Source: a virus
Taxonomy: Duplodnaviria; Caudoviricetes
DNA: 36,304 nucleotides
IMG/VR virus record: IMGVR_UViG_3300044645_001802
Location: 1-36,304 of that record
Strand: one strand, 5' to 3'
Shown here: positions 26,860-34,203 of the stretch, piece after piece
Position numbering within the stretch: the first letter of the stretch is position 1
Layout of the letters: the number at the start of each line of letters is the position of its first letter
The notes under the pieces: generated by a model
What the model was told of the DNA's origin: nothing
The model's input: the letters and a program-made list of their open reading frames with translations, nothing else
The model's database searches: none
Made by a program: the position numbers and the translations under genes

Positions 26860-27384
26860 ATGATCGCTCTGTACGTCGTCTCGGCGTGGCTCGCCGCCGA
26901 CGTTGCCACGGGCATCGTCCATTGGTGGGAGGACCGCTATGGCGACCCCGCGTGGCCGGTGCTGGGGCGGCACGTCGTGGAGCCCAACATCCGGCACCAC
27001 TCCGAGCCGCGGGCGTTTCTGGCCGGCGGCTACTGGCAACGCAACTGGACTACGATCCTGCCCGCGGTCGTCATTGCGATCGCCGCCCTGGCGGCGGGGC
27101 AACACTGGCTCGCCCTTGTGGCGGCGTTCTCCAGCCAGGCCAACGAGGTTCACGGCTGGGCACACCAGCGATGCTCACGCCCGATACGGGGGCTGCAACT
27201 CATCGGCCTGATCTCGTCGCCAGACGGGCATGCGGTCCACCATCAATCGCCGTTCAGTACCGACTTCTGCGTCATGAGCGACTTGATGAATCCGCTGCTG
27301 TCTGCGTTGGGATTCTGGCGTGGGCTGGAGCGGGCCGTGGGCTTGGCCGGCGTGCATCCGAGAGCGGAGCGAGAGACTGCCTGA
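26860..27384 (+). CDS. CarF/TMEM189(PEDS1)/FAD4-family lipid desaturase
   Basis: RBS AGGA; ADVATGIVHWWED, IRHH, HGWAH, HAVHH (8 His), FCV...MNP; hydrophobic segments. Confidence 0.85.
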   Translation: MIALYVVSAWLAADVATGIVHWWEDRYGDPAWPVLGRHVVEPNIRHHSEPRAFLAGGYWQRNWTTILPAVVIAIAALAAGQHWLALVAAFSSQANEVHGWAHQRCSRPIRGLQLIGLISSPDGHAVHHQSPFSTDFCVMSDLMNPLLSALGFWRGLERAVGLAGVHPRAERETA

Positions 27385-27458
27385 CCGGGCGCGATCGAAA
27401 CTCGGATGATCCAGTTGCTTTCTGCGTGAACCGGTGCTACGAATGGAGGCGAACGGCT

Positions 27459-27710
27459 ATGCAGGGAGATGATGCAGTGGTGTACATCAGCGGTCAGGAA
27501 GCGGCGAAGCGGCTCGGCGTGGCACCGGTCACGGTCAGCCGCGTGGCTCGGCGTACCGGAATCGGGGTGTTCGTGGAGGACGGGCGGCTGGCCGCCTTGG
27601 CTACGACCGACTTGCCGAAACTCCAGCCGTTTATTCACGCGACGGCTGGCAACCCGGTCTGGATCGCCACGCGGGGCAAGAAACTGAAGCCGGCGAAGCG
27701 GCGATCCTGA
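27459..27710 (+). CDS. Helix-turn-helix DNA-binding protein
   Basis: RBS GGAGG; ISGQEAAKRLGVAPVTVSRVA. Confidence 0.75.
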   Translation: MQGDDAVVYISGQEAAKRLGVAPVTVSRVARRTGIGVFVEDGRLAALATTDLPKLQPFIHATAGNPVWIATRGKKLKPAKRRS

Positions 27711-27933
27711 ATCCCCTTATCTATATAGGGAAATTTCAGGGTGCCCGAAAACGATTCTGAACGTCCCGGTTTTCCCGGCAGCGTCGCGCAAACCCTTGCG
27801 CCGCATCGGTTTTGCGTGCCGAGAAAACGCCCGCGAAAACCTGTTTTGCCGATGCTTTTTTTCTCGGCACCGATCAGTCTCGATTTTTTGGGGGACACCG
27901 AGAGTGAAATTGGCCCATATAGGGTAGGGGATT
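27710..27933. repeat. Non-coding element bounded by 29-bp imperfect inverted repeats
   Basis: 27710-27738 vs 27905-27933 match 23/29 as reverse complements; internal perfect 12-bp IR 27816-27827 / 27859-27870; many A/T tracts. Confidence 0.7.
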
Positions 27934-27958
27934 TGACGCGGCGGCGATGCTGGAGGGC

Positions 27959-28204
27959 ATGCCCCGCACCCGTATCCACGTCAATCAGCACGTGATCCGC
28001 CGCAACAAGCGGGCCGGCACCGACGATCCGCCGCTGACGGTCAAGCGGGGCCGCACGAACACCTACTGCCGGGCGGTCGAGGTGCTGGGGCCGAGCCGCG
28101 TCGTCTACTCTCCCTGCCGCCCGCTGTCCTGCGGGGCGAGGGTCTGGATCGAGACCGACGCCGAGGTGCGGCTGGACGGGGTGGCCCCGCCCCCAAAACC
28201 CTGA
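27959..28204 (+). CDS. Conserved phage hypothetical protein
   Basis: RBS GGAGG; RIHVNQHVIRRN..P.LTVK..N.Y...VEV.GPS.VVY...PLSCGARVWIET. Confidence 0.8.
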   Translation: MPRTRIHVNQHVIRRNKRAGTDDPPLTVKRGRTNTYCRAVEVLGPSRVVYSPCRPLSCGARVWIETDAEVRLDGVAPPPKP

Positions 28205-28232
28205 CCCCCCGTTTTCCCCGGCGAAAACGCAC

Positions 28233-28340
28233 AAAAAATATTTTACCGCCCCCCTATTGACAGCCGATATCCTTTGTGGGATGATTCAGGGGTCAACGCG
28301 GCGGACACCGCGAGACGCCAACAACGGAGAACGAACGATG
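28233..28340 (+). promoter_or_regulatory. Early sigma70-type promoter P1 with leader hairpin
   Basis: A-tract AAAAAATATTTT, TTGACA 28257-28262, 17 bp, TGgGATGAT; hairpin CGCGG-CGGACA-CCGCG; homologous to P2. Confidence 0.75.
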
Positions 28341-28679
28341 ACGATCACTCAGGTCACTAAGCAGTTTCACGATGACCCGTCCCGCACCTACACGGTAGAG
28401 CAGACCGAGGCCGAGATCACGATTGGCGGCGTCACCAAGACCGTGACGTTGCAGCGGTTGTCGCCTTCGCACAACTGGCTGCCTGCCACGGATCGCCCGA
28501 TCAACTCCGTTGTCGTTCGCTTCCCGACCGGCGCGAAGGAGCATCTGATCGGCTGCTACGCCGCCTACCAGCGAGGCAGCCGGTGGTTCTTGTCGGCAAG
28601 TGGATTTCGCAATTCGAACCGCATGTCGGTTGTCCGCTGGGCCGCCGATGACGAAACCGGCAGCGGGTGGAACCGCTGA
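28338..28679 (+). CDS. Early hypothetical protein
   Basis: RBS ACGGAG; 113 aa. Confidence 0.75.
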   Translation: MTITQVTKQFHDDPSRTYTVEQTEAEITIGGVTKTVTLQRLSPSHNWLPATDRPINSVVVRFPTGAKEHLIGCYAAYQRGSRWFLSASGFRNSNRMSVVRWAADDETGSGWNR

Positions 28680-28751
28680 TCGCCCGGCTACCTCAACCCC
28701 GCCGCACAGTGCGGCGGGGTTCCACGGACTCAAGACTACGGAGACACGACG

Positions 28752-28922
28752 ATGACCGGCAACAGCGAATGGATCGAGAAGAAGGTGGCCGCGATGCTGG
28801 CTGACCTGCGGCGAAGCGGATTTTGGGACAGCGGAATCGACGAGGCCCGTCACCTGCAACGCACCTACGGGTACACGTGGGACGTGGCACTGAAGATTTC
28901 CTGCGACTACTGGTGCAAGTGA
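28752..28922 (+). CDS. 56-aa early protein, absent from ORF track
   Basis: RBS ACGGAG; MTGNSEWIEKKVAAMLADLRRSGFWD...DYWCK; its stop is the TGA of the repeat. Confidence 0.7.
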   Translation: MTGNSEWIEKKVAAMLADLRRSGFWDSGIDEARHLQRTYGYTWDVALKISCDYWCK

Positions 28923-28995
28923 TTGTTCGGACACCCGTGCTGCGGGCGTTCCGCAGCGCGGTCGGGGCGATGGGACTTCAACGGAGGACGGGACG

Positions 28996-29298
28996 ATGGC
29001 ATTCAAGTTTCCATGCGACATGACGGATGGCGAGCGGGAGGCGTATCACCGCCAGCGATTTGAGGACGATCGCCGGGCCGGGGCGAAGAGGTTCGGCCTA
29101 AAGGCCGACGAGGTGCTGTTCTACAACAGCGGCATCTGCTACGACCGGATCGTCGTGACCACGATGCTGGCGGCTCGCAAGGTCGCCAAGTCGGTTGAGG
29201 GCGAGACGGTCAACGGCGGATGCTTCGATGGTGCCCTGCTCGGTGGCATCACCGAGGCGACGGTCAACGGTGTCAAGGGATTCGACGTTCGGTGCTGA
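28996..29298 (+). CDS. Early hypothetical protein
   Basis: RBS GGAGG; ends in repeat TGA. Confidence 0.75.
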   Translation: MAFKFPCDMTDGEREAYHRQRFEDDRRAGAKRFGLKADEVLFYNSGICYDRIVVTTMLAARKVAKSVEGETVNGGCFDGALLGGITEATVNGVKGFDVRC

Positions 29299-29331
29299 TT
29301 GTTCGGGACCAACAAAACGGAGGACGATGCG

Positions 29332-29508
29332 ATGAGGCAGAGCGGAGACACGAAGCGGCTCGCGGAACTGAAGGACGAACTGCGGATGCCGAAGGATCGG
29401 CTGATGCGAGTTCTATCACACCTTGAGGCCTGCGACCGCGGGCTGGCGAGAAGGCTCGGGACGATCATCGGAAAGATTGAGGACTTGCAGCGGCGCATGC
29501 CGGGTTGA
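29332..29508 (+). CDS. Early hypothetical helical protein
   Basis: RBS GGAGG within the repeat; 58 aa. Confidence 0.7.
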   Translation: MRQSGDTKRLAELKDELRMPKDRLMRVLSHLEACDRGLARRLGTIIGKIEDLQRRMPG

Positions 29509-29541
29509 CCATTCAAAACAAACAAAACGGAGGACGGGACG

Positions 29542-29760
29542 ATGGACTACGAAGCAACGGACAAGTTCATGAGCGGCTGGGTTGCGACCTGCGTTCACAA
29601 CGGAACGCGCTTCTACGCGACCGAAGACCTGACGTTCACCGACCGGCTGGCCCGCGCCGCATGGCGGCGGTGGGGTAGCGAGGCCGACAAGGTGGCGAAG
29701 TCGGCGAGCGTGTACGGGTTTTACATGAAGGCCGAGCGTGTTGCGGAGGTGCAGTCATGA
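29542..29760 (+). CDS. Early hypothetical protein
   Basis: RBS GGAGG; 72 aa. Confidence 0.7.
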   Translation: MDYEATDKFMSGWVATCVHNGTRFYATEDLTFTDRLARAAWRRWGSEADKVAKSASVYGFYMKAERVAEVQS

Positions 29761-30395
29761 AGATCACCACGAACCACCCCGGCTACCAGGCGCACGTTGT
29801 GCGGCGAGCGGCCCGCTGGGCGGCGAAGCATCTCGGCATGGAGGCGAAGGTACTGCGAACGCTGACCGTCGAGGTCGGCTACCGCCGGGGCCGGGCGAAC
29901 GGCTGGGGCGGGTGGTACCACCACGCCGACCGGAGGGTTCAAGTGCTGCTGCCGAAGATGGGCAGCGACAAGTACTACCCCGCCTGCATGGCGAACAACA
30001 TCGCGGAGCGGCAGGCGGGCCGCGCGGCGAACGACGAATGGGAGTTGTTCGTGGCGATCCTCGCCCACGAACTGGAACACGCCCGGTGCTACGCGGTCGC
30101 CCGCAGCTGGGAGGAGCGGGCGAGGCTCAACCACGAACCGCGAGTGCGGGCTGTCGATTGGCGGGCGTTGCTCGCCTTCCGCGAGTCCCGCGAGACGCTG
30201 CTGGCCGATTGGCTCCGCGAGAAGCCGCAGCGACCGGCGAAGCCAAAGCCGAGCGTCGTGGATCGACGGGCGGCGCGTGCGGCGGAACTGCTCGTGGCCT
30301 GGGAGCGGCGGCTCAAGATGGCAAGGACGAAGGTCGGCAAGTACCGCCGCAAGGTGAACTACTACGGAGCCGTCGCCGCTCGACGGCAGGGATGA
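29757..30395 (+). CDS. HExxH zincin-motif protein with basic C-terminal helix
   Basis: GWGGWY...LFVAILAHELEHARC; RBS GGAGG; ATGA coupling. Confidence 0.7.
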   Translation: MKITTNHPGYQAHVVRRAARWAAKHLGMEAKVLRTLTVEVGYRRGRANGWGGWYHHADRRVQVLLPKMGSDKYYPACMANNIAERQAGRAANDEWELFVAILAHELEHARCYAVARSWEERARLNHEPRVRAVDWRALLAFRESRETLLADWLREKPQRPAKPKPSVVDRRAARAAELLVAWERRLKMARTKVGKYRRKVNYYGAVAARRQG

Positions 30396-30429
30396 TTGTT
30401 CGGGATTACCAACACTGGAGGACACGACG

Positions 30430-30654
30430 ATGGTCAAGATGACTGTGGAGGGCGCATTGACCTTGCTCGACTTGCAGGCCCGCGAGTACCGCATCGCATA
30501 CGCGATGGGCAACGGCGAGTTCGACGTGGTGGATTCGTTCATGGCGGCCGATGACGCCGGGGCGAACGCCTACGCGGCGACGTACTACGACGGCGACGAG
30601 TGGTACGTGCTGGACGACACCGGCCGGAACATCAACGGGGGGGACCAAGAATGA
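30430..30654 (+). CDS. Early acidic hypothetical protein
   Basis: RBS GGAGG; Asp-rich (EWYVLDDTGRNING). Confidence 0.75.
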   Translation: MVKMTVEGALTLLDLQAREYRIAYAMGNGEFDVVDSFMAADDAGANAYAATYYDGDEWYVLDDTGRNINGGDQE

Positions 30655-30959
30655 CCGTCGAGAAGCTGAATCCACGCGAAGCGTGGCTTGTGGATCGCAG
30701 CGGCAAGTCGTGCTGCTATCTGGTCAAGGACGGTGGCCGCATCTTGGGGCTGCTAGAGAAGGAGCCAGGACGCGGGATGCCGTGGAAAGCGTTCCACGGC
30801 ACGGGTTGGGAGAGCAAGTACCTCGGCTCGTCGTACACGGGCCGCGAGGCGGCGGTCGAGATGGTGGTGCAGGCGGTTCGCGAGCGGCTTGTCGCCGGGG
30901 TGTCCGCATTGCGAAGGGCTGATTGTTCGGGACTACCAACAACGGAGGCAGAACGATGA
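30651..30959 (+). CDS. Early hypothetical protein
   Basis: ATGA coupling; reads through the repeat copy at 30920. Confidence 0.65.
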   Translation: MTVEKLNPREAWLVDRSGKSCCYLVKDGGRILGLLEKEPGRGMPWKAFHGTGWESKYLGSSYTGREAAVEMVVQAVRERLVAGVSALRRADCSGLPTTEAER

Positions 30960-31240
30960 AACGGAACGACATACACGACCGACTGACGCACGCGACGTGG
31001 CTGGCGGCGACTGCCTGCTGCACCGCGTTGCACGACATCGGGTTCACCACCGAGGAGATTGCCGGGCTGATGCCCAGCACCATGACGGCGCTGGGCGACG
31101 CAATCGTTGACCAGCGGTACGGCGACGGCAACTCTCCGTGGCCGTACTCCTACGATTCGATCCTCGATGGCGATGCGATCAAGGTGGGGCAGGACCACGC
31201 CGAGCGGCTCGCGGCATCGCGGGCGGGGGTGCAGTCATGA
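30956..31240 (+). CDS. Early hypothetical protein
   Basis: RBS GGAGG within the repeat; 94 aa. Confidence 0.75.
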   Translation: MKRNDIHDRLTHATWLAATACCTALHDIGFTTEEIAGLMPSTMTALGDAIVDQRYGDGNSPWPYSYDSILDGDAIKVGQDHAERLAASRAGVQS

Positions 31241-31404
31241 GCGGCATCGTGAAGTGCCGAACCTGCGGCGGCAGGGAGGTCGAAAAGATCGTGCTGAGAG
31301 AAGGCGAGCGGGACCGGGTGATTGTTCAGTGTCGGTTCTGCGAACGCCGCCGCAACGAATACACACGCATCGCCAAGAATCGCACGGGTGAGGTGCAGAA
31401 ATGA
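31237..31404 (+). CDS. Small zinc-ribbon protein
   Basis: CRTC...CRFC; ATGA coupling. Confidence 0.65.
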   Translation: MSGIVKCRTCGGREVEKIVLREGERDRVIVQCRFCERRRNEYTRIAKNRTGEVQK

Positions 31405-31586
31405 CTGTCACACACGCGGTTACCTACCGGATCGTCGAGACGCTCGACCCTCGCCGCCCGGGCGAGCGGTGGTTTGAAGTGTGGGGCGGCAACCCAGCCA
31501 CGGGGTACGAGTGGCTCATCGCGGAGTACGACACCCGCGAGCAAGCTCGCGAGATGATTCGACACTGGCAGGAGGACGCACGATGA
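31401..31586 (+). CDS. Early hypothetical protein
   Basis: RBS GAGG; coupled on both sides. Confidence 0.7.
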   Translation: MTVTHAVTYRIVETLDPRRPGERWFEVWGGNPATGYEWLIAEYDTREQAREMIRHWQEDAR

Positions 31587-31792
31587 GCAGCACCACCCTC
31601 CACCGCGTCTGCTGGAACTGCCCCGACATGGGCAACCGGCAGGAGTGGTTCACGACGTGGAATAAGGCGATGGCCTTTGCTCGTCGTAAGCGGATTGCCG
31701 ACAACGCACACTTCGACGTGGTCGAGGTTCCGAAGACGAGACTCGGCCTCGCGGCGTGGCTGAACAAGAACTGCAACACGGACAACGGGTGA
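31583..31792 (+). CDS. Early hypothetical protein
   Basis: RBS AGGAGG; ATGA coupling. Confidence 0.7.
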   Translation: MSSTTLHRVCWNCPDMGNRQEWFTTWNKAMAFARRKRIADNAHFDVVEVPKTRLGLAAWLNKNCNTDNG

Positions 31793-31796
31793 CACC

Positions 31797-32264
31797 GTGC
31801 AAACCTTTCTCCCCTATCCCAACACATGGGCATCGGCCCGGTGCCTCGACAATCGGCGGCTCGGCAAACAGCGCGTCGAGTGCAAGCAGATTCTGCTCAC
31901 GCTCGGCGTCGATGTCGGCGAGCATCGCGGCAACCCGGCATCGCAGTGGCGGAATCATCCCGCCGTCCGCATGTGGCGTGGTCACGAACTGCCACTCGCG
32001 GAGTACGCCGAGATCATGTGCATCGTGTGGCGGCAACGCGGATTCAAGGACACGCTGCGGGATCAATTCCGTGCTGTGTGCGGCCGGCTGTTGTCAAACA
32101 GCCGGTGGCACCACTCGCCCAACTGGCTCGGCTACGACCGGCTGCACGCATCGCATCGCAGCAACTTGCTTCGCAAGGATGCCTCGCACTACGGGCAGTT
32201 CGGATGGCAGGAGCCCGCCGACCTTCCGTACTGGTGGCCGACGCAGCAGGAGGTGGTGGCATGA
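31797..32264 (+). CDS. Pyrimidine-dimer glycosylase / endonuclease V-like protein (MSMEG_6728-like)
   Basis: MQTFLPY, LD.RRLGKQRVE..QIL, NHPAVRMWRG, HASHRSNLLRKD, DLPYWWP. Confidence 0.85.
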   Translation: MQTFLPYPNTWASARCLDNRRLGKQRVECKQILLTLGVDVGEHRGNPASQWRNHPAVRMWRGHELPLAEYAEIMCIVWRQRGFKDTLRDQFRAVCGRLLSNSRWHHSPNWLGYDRLHASHRSNLLRKDASHYGQFGWQEPADLPYWWPTQQEVVA

Positions 32265-32497
32265 TCCGCGACATCGTCCGCACCGCGTGCGTGGTGGTCG
32301 TGATGGCCGTTGCCGCCGCGCTCATCGTGGAGGTGCGGCACCGGCTGGCGGTGATCGACCTTGCCGCCCGGCTGGCACCGCAGCCGCAGGTGTACGCGTG
32401 GGCACCGCCACCGGCCCCCGAGCCGGAGGGGCGGCTGGCCGGGCTGGGCCGGGCGACCCTGCGGTGGGCCGACGCGGCCTTGGGGGTGGTCCGATGA
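32261..32497 (+). CDS. Small membrane protein
   Basis: RBS AGGAGG; TM segment ACVVVVMAVAAALIVEV. Confidence 0.65.
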   Translation: MIRDIVRTACVVVVMAVAAALIVEVRHRLAVIDLAARLAPQPQVYAWAPPPAPEPEGRLAGLGRATLRWADAALGVVR

Positions 32498-32635
32498 AAA
32501 CCCCGAAAACACCGGGAAAAACGAGGGAAAAAATATTTTGGGAAAGTCTATTGACAGCCGGAACCGATACGATATAATGAGGGCATGACGCGGCGGACAC
32601 CGCGGCACGGACAACGAAACGGAGAACGAACGATG
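32497..32635 (+). promoter_or_regulatory. Early sigma70 consensus promoter P2 with phased A-tracts and leader hairpin
   Basis: TTGACA 32551-32556, 16 bp, TATAAT 32573-32578; four A-tracts about 10 bp apart upstream; hairpin within 32588-32604. Confidence 0.88.
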
Positions 32636-32881
32636 AACGCGATTCAGTTTGAGACGATGCGGGCCAAGGCGAACGTGGACGAGTGCCAGAAGCAGTTCGA
32701 CGCTGCGGTGGACTTCTGCCTTCGGATGGCCGACGAGTTGAAGGTGGCTCGGGAGCGCGGCTGGAGCATGACCTGCCCAGCCAACAACCTTGCTAATTCG
32801 GCTATGGAGGTCGGCCGCATCGCCGCCCGGCTTGAGACGCTGCTCGACACGCACTCCACCCTCAAGCGGATCGACGGCTGA
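32633..32881 (+). CDS. Early hypothetical helical protein
   Basis: RBS ACGGAG; ends in repeat TGA. Confidence 0.75.
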   Translation: MNAIQFETMRAKANVDECQKQFDAAVDFCLRMADELKVARERGWSMTCPANNLANSAMEVGRIAARLETLLDTHSTLKRIDG

Positions 32882-32923
32882 TTGTTCGGACTTCCTCACA
32901 ACACCCCAAACGGAGACACGACG

Positions 32924-33127
32924 ATGACCCCCGCAAGCAAGATGGACTTCAAGAAGATCAAGGACGCGATCAACTTCCTGGGTCGCGACGATATGCGGAC
33001 GCGGCTCACGACGAAGGTGGGCGACAACCCGGCTAACGTGGACGCAACCCTGACGCTGATCGAAAACCTGTGTGCCGTGATCCGGCAGCAGGAGGGGCTG
33101 GTGGTCGAGGAGATTGTGGCTGGGTGA
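32924..33127 (+). CDS. Early hypothetical protein
   Basis: RBS ACGGAG; 67 aa. Confidence 0.7.
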   Translation: MTPASKMDFKKIKDAINFLGRDDMRTRLTTKVGDNPANVDATLTLIENLCAVIRQQEGLVVEEIVAG

Positions 33128-33203
33128 CCGACTTGCGGCCCGGCCGCGTTGGCCGTGCCGCTGGACTGATTGTTTAGGTTCGATAACAACGGAGGACTCT
33201 CAG

Positions 33204-34091
33204 ATGACGACGATGATTTCGACGAACGTGGCCGACAAGGTTCGCGCGGCCTTCAATTTCTCGGTGGACAAGTTCCCGCTCTGCGGGCCGGAGGGGATGC
33301 GGACGCCGTTCTACGGACTGTTCAAGTCCGACACCGGCACGGCGGTCGGATACGGCTCGGTCAGCGACCGCTACGAGGCGCACACGACCGACGACGTACT
33401 GGCTCTGGTCGAGGCGGCTGGCACCGCGTTCGACGGCGTGGCCGAAGTGAAATGCCACTTCGACAACGGCCACTACGTCACGGTGCAGCCCAACAAGGAG
33501 CAGCGGATCGCGGTGTTCGGAACGGCCGACAACATCTTCCCCCGCATCGTGATCGACGCGGGCTACGGCGGGCAGGCGTTCAAGGCCAGCCTCGGGCTGT
33601 ACCGCGACCTGTGCCGGAACATGATGATCATCCGGCAGGCCGAGGGAACGACCGTGTCGATCCGGCACACGTCGGGCCTGCGGCTTCAGATGGACGAACT
33701 GATTGCCACGTTCGCGTCGCTGGAGTCCGGCTGGGGCAACCTCGCCACGGTCGTGCAGCAGATGCAGAACCGCGAGGTGCGGATGGTTGAGTTCCTGAAC
33801 GCCATCTACGGCGAGCCGAAGTCCGACGAGGGGCGGTCAATGACGGTCCACAAGAATCGCACCGAGGCTATTTTCCGCCGGCTCGTCACGGAGCGGATGA
33901 AGACGGGCCGCGGCTCGATCGGCACCGACTTCGTCGTGACCGGCTGGGAAGCGTTCAACGCGGTGCAGGGCTACACGCAGTGGGACGCAACCCGCCGCGG
34001 TCGCCCGACCGAGATGGAGCGGATCGTCCGCGCACTTCACGACAACCGAGTCGCTCAGGCCGAGCGACTCGCACTGACGATGGCGGTCTAG
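33204..34091 (+). CDS. DUF932 (DUF945-like) domain protein
   Basis: GSVSDRY, RDLCRNMM, VSIRHT, TGWEAFNAVQGY motifs; RBS GGAGG. Confidence 0.8.
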   Translation: MTTMISTNVADKVRAAFNFSVDKFPLCGPEGMRTPFYGLFKSDTGTAVGYGSVSDRYEAHTTDDVLALVEAAGTAFDGVAEVKCHFDNGHYVTVQPNKEQRIAVFGTADNIFPRIVIDAGYGGQAFKASLGLYRDLCRNMMIIRQAEGTTVSIRHTSGLRLQMDELIATFASLESGWGNLATVVQQMQNREVRMVEFLNAIYGEPKSDEGRSMTVHKNRTEAIFRRLVTERMKTGRGSIGTDFVVTGWEAFNAVQGYTQWDATRRGRPTEMERIVRALHDNRVAQAERLALTMAV

Positions 34092-34122
34092 TCCCCCGCC
34101 AGACGCCGCGCAAGCGGCTGTC

Positions 34123-34173
34123 GCCGGGGGGAGCGGGTTTCCTCCGTTCCCCCGCCCCCCCGGCTCTTTTTTT
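34123..34173 (+). terminator. Intrinsic terminator ending the early cassette region
   Basis: GCCGGGGGG(A)GCGGG / CCCGCCCCCCCGGC stem followed by TCTTTTTTT. Confidence 0.75.
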
Positions 34174-34203
34174 CAACGAACGGCAACGCGTAGGAGACTG
34201 GCC

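Larger units (their letters stand above)
28677..33206 (+). repeat. Dispersed intergenic junction repeat TGATTGTTCGG...ACGGAG...ACGATG
   Basis: Copies at 28920, 29296, 30393, 30920, 32879 (TGATTGTTCGG exact), 33167 (TGATTGTTTAGG), degenerate at 28677 and 29506. Confidence 0.85.

Noticed and set aside
27934-27944. TGACGCGGCGG, identical to the start of the P2 leader
   Set aside because: Second hairpin arm and -35/-10 boxes are missing; at most a decayed copy
29299-29313. TGTTC..AACA as a LexA-type operator (TGTTC-N4-GAACA)
   Set aside because: Arm spacing varies between copies and the right arm does not match, which fits an RNA hairpin better than a fixed operator
31319-31328. TGATTGTTC inside the zinc-ribbon gene
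   Set aside because: Encodes VIVQ in frame; lacks GG, the pairing arm and the RBS; probably chance
28920-33206. Junction repeats as a CRISPR array or integron attC sites
   Set aside because: Spacers are whole genes of variable length; no cas or integrase gene in the window; RYYYAAC..GTTRRRY order is not met; G-U pairing favours top-strand RNA
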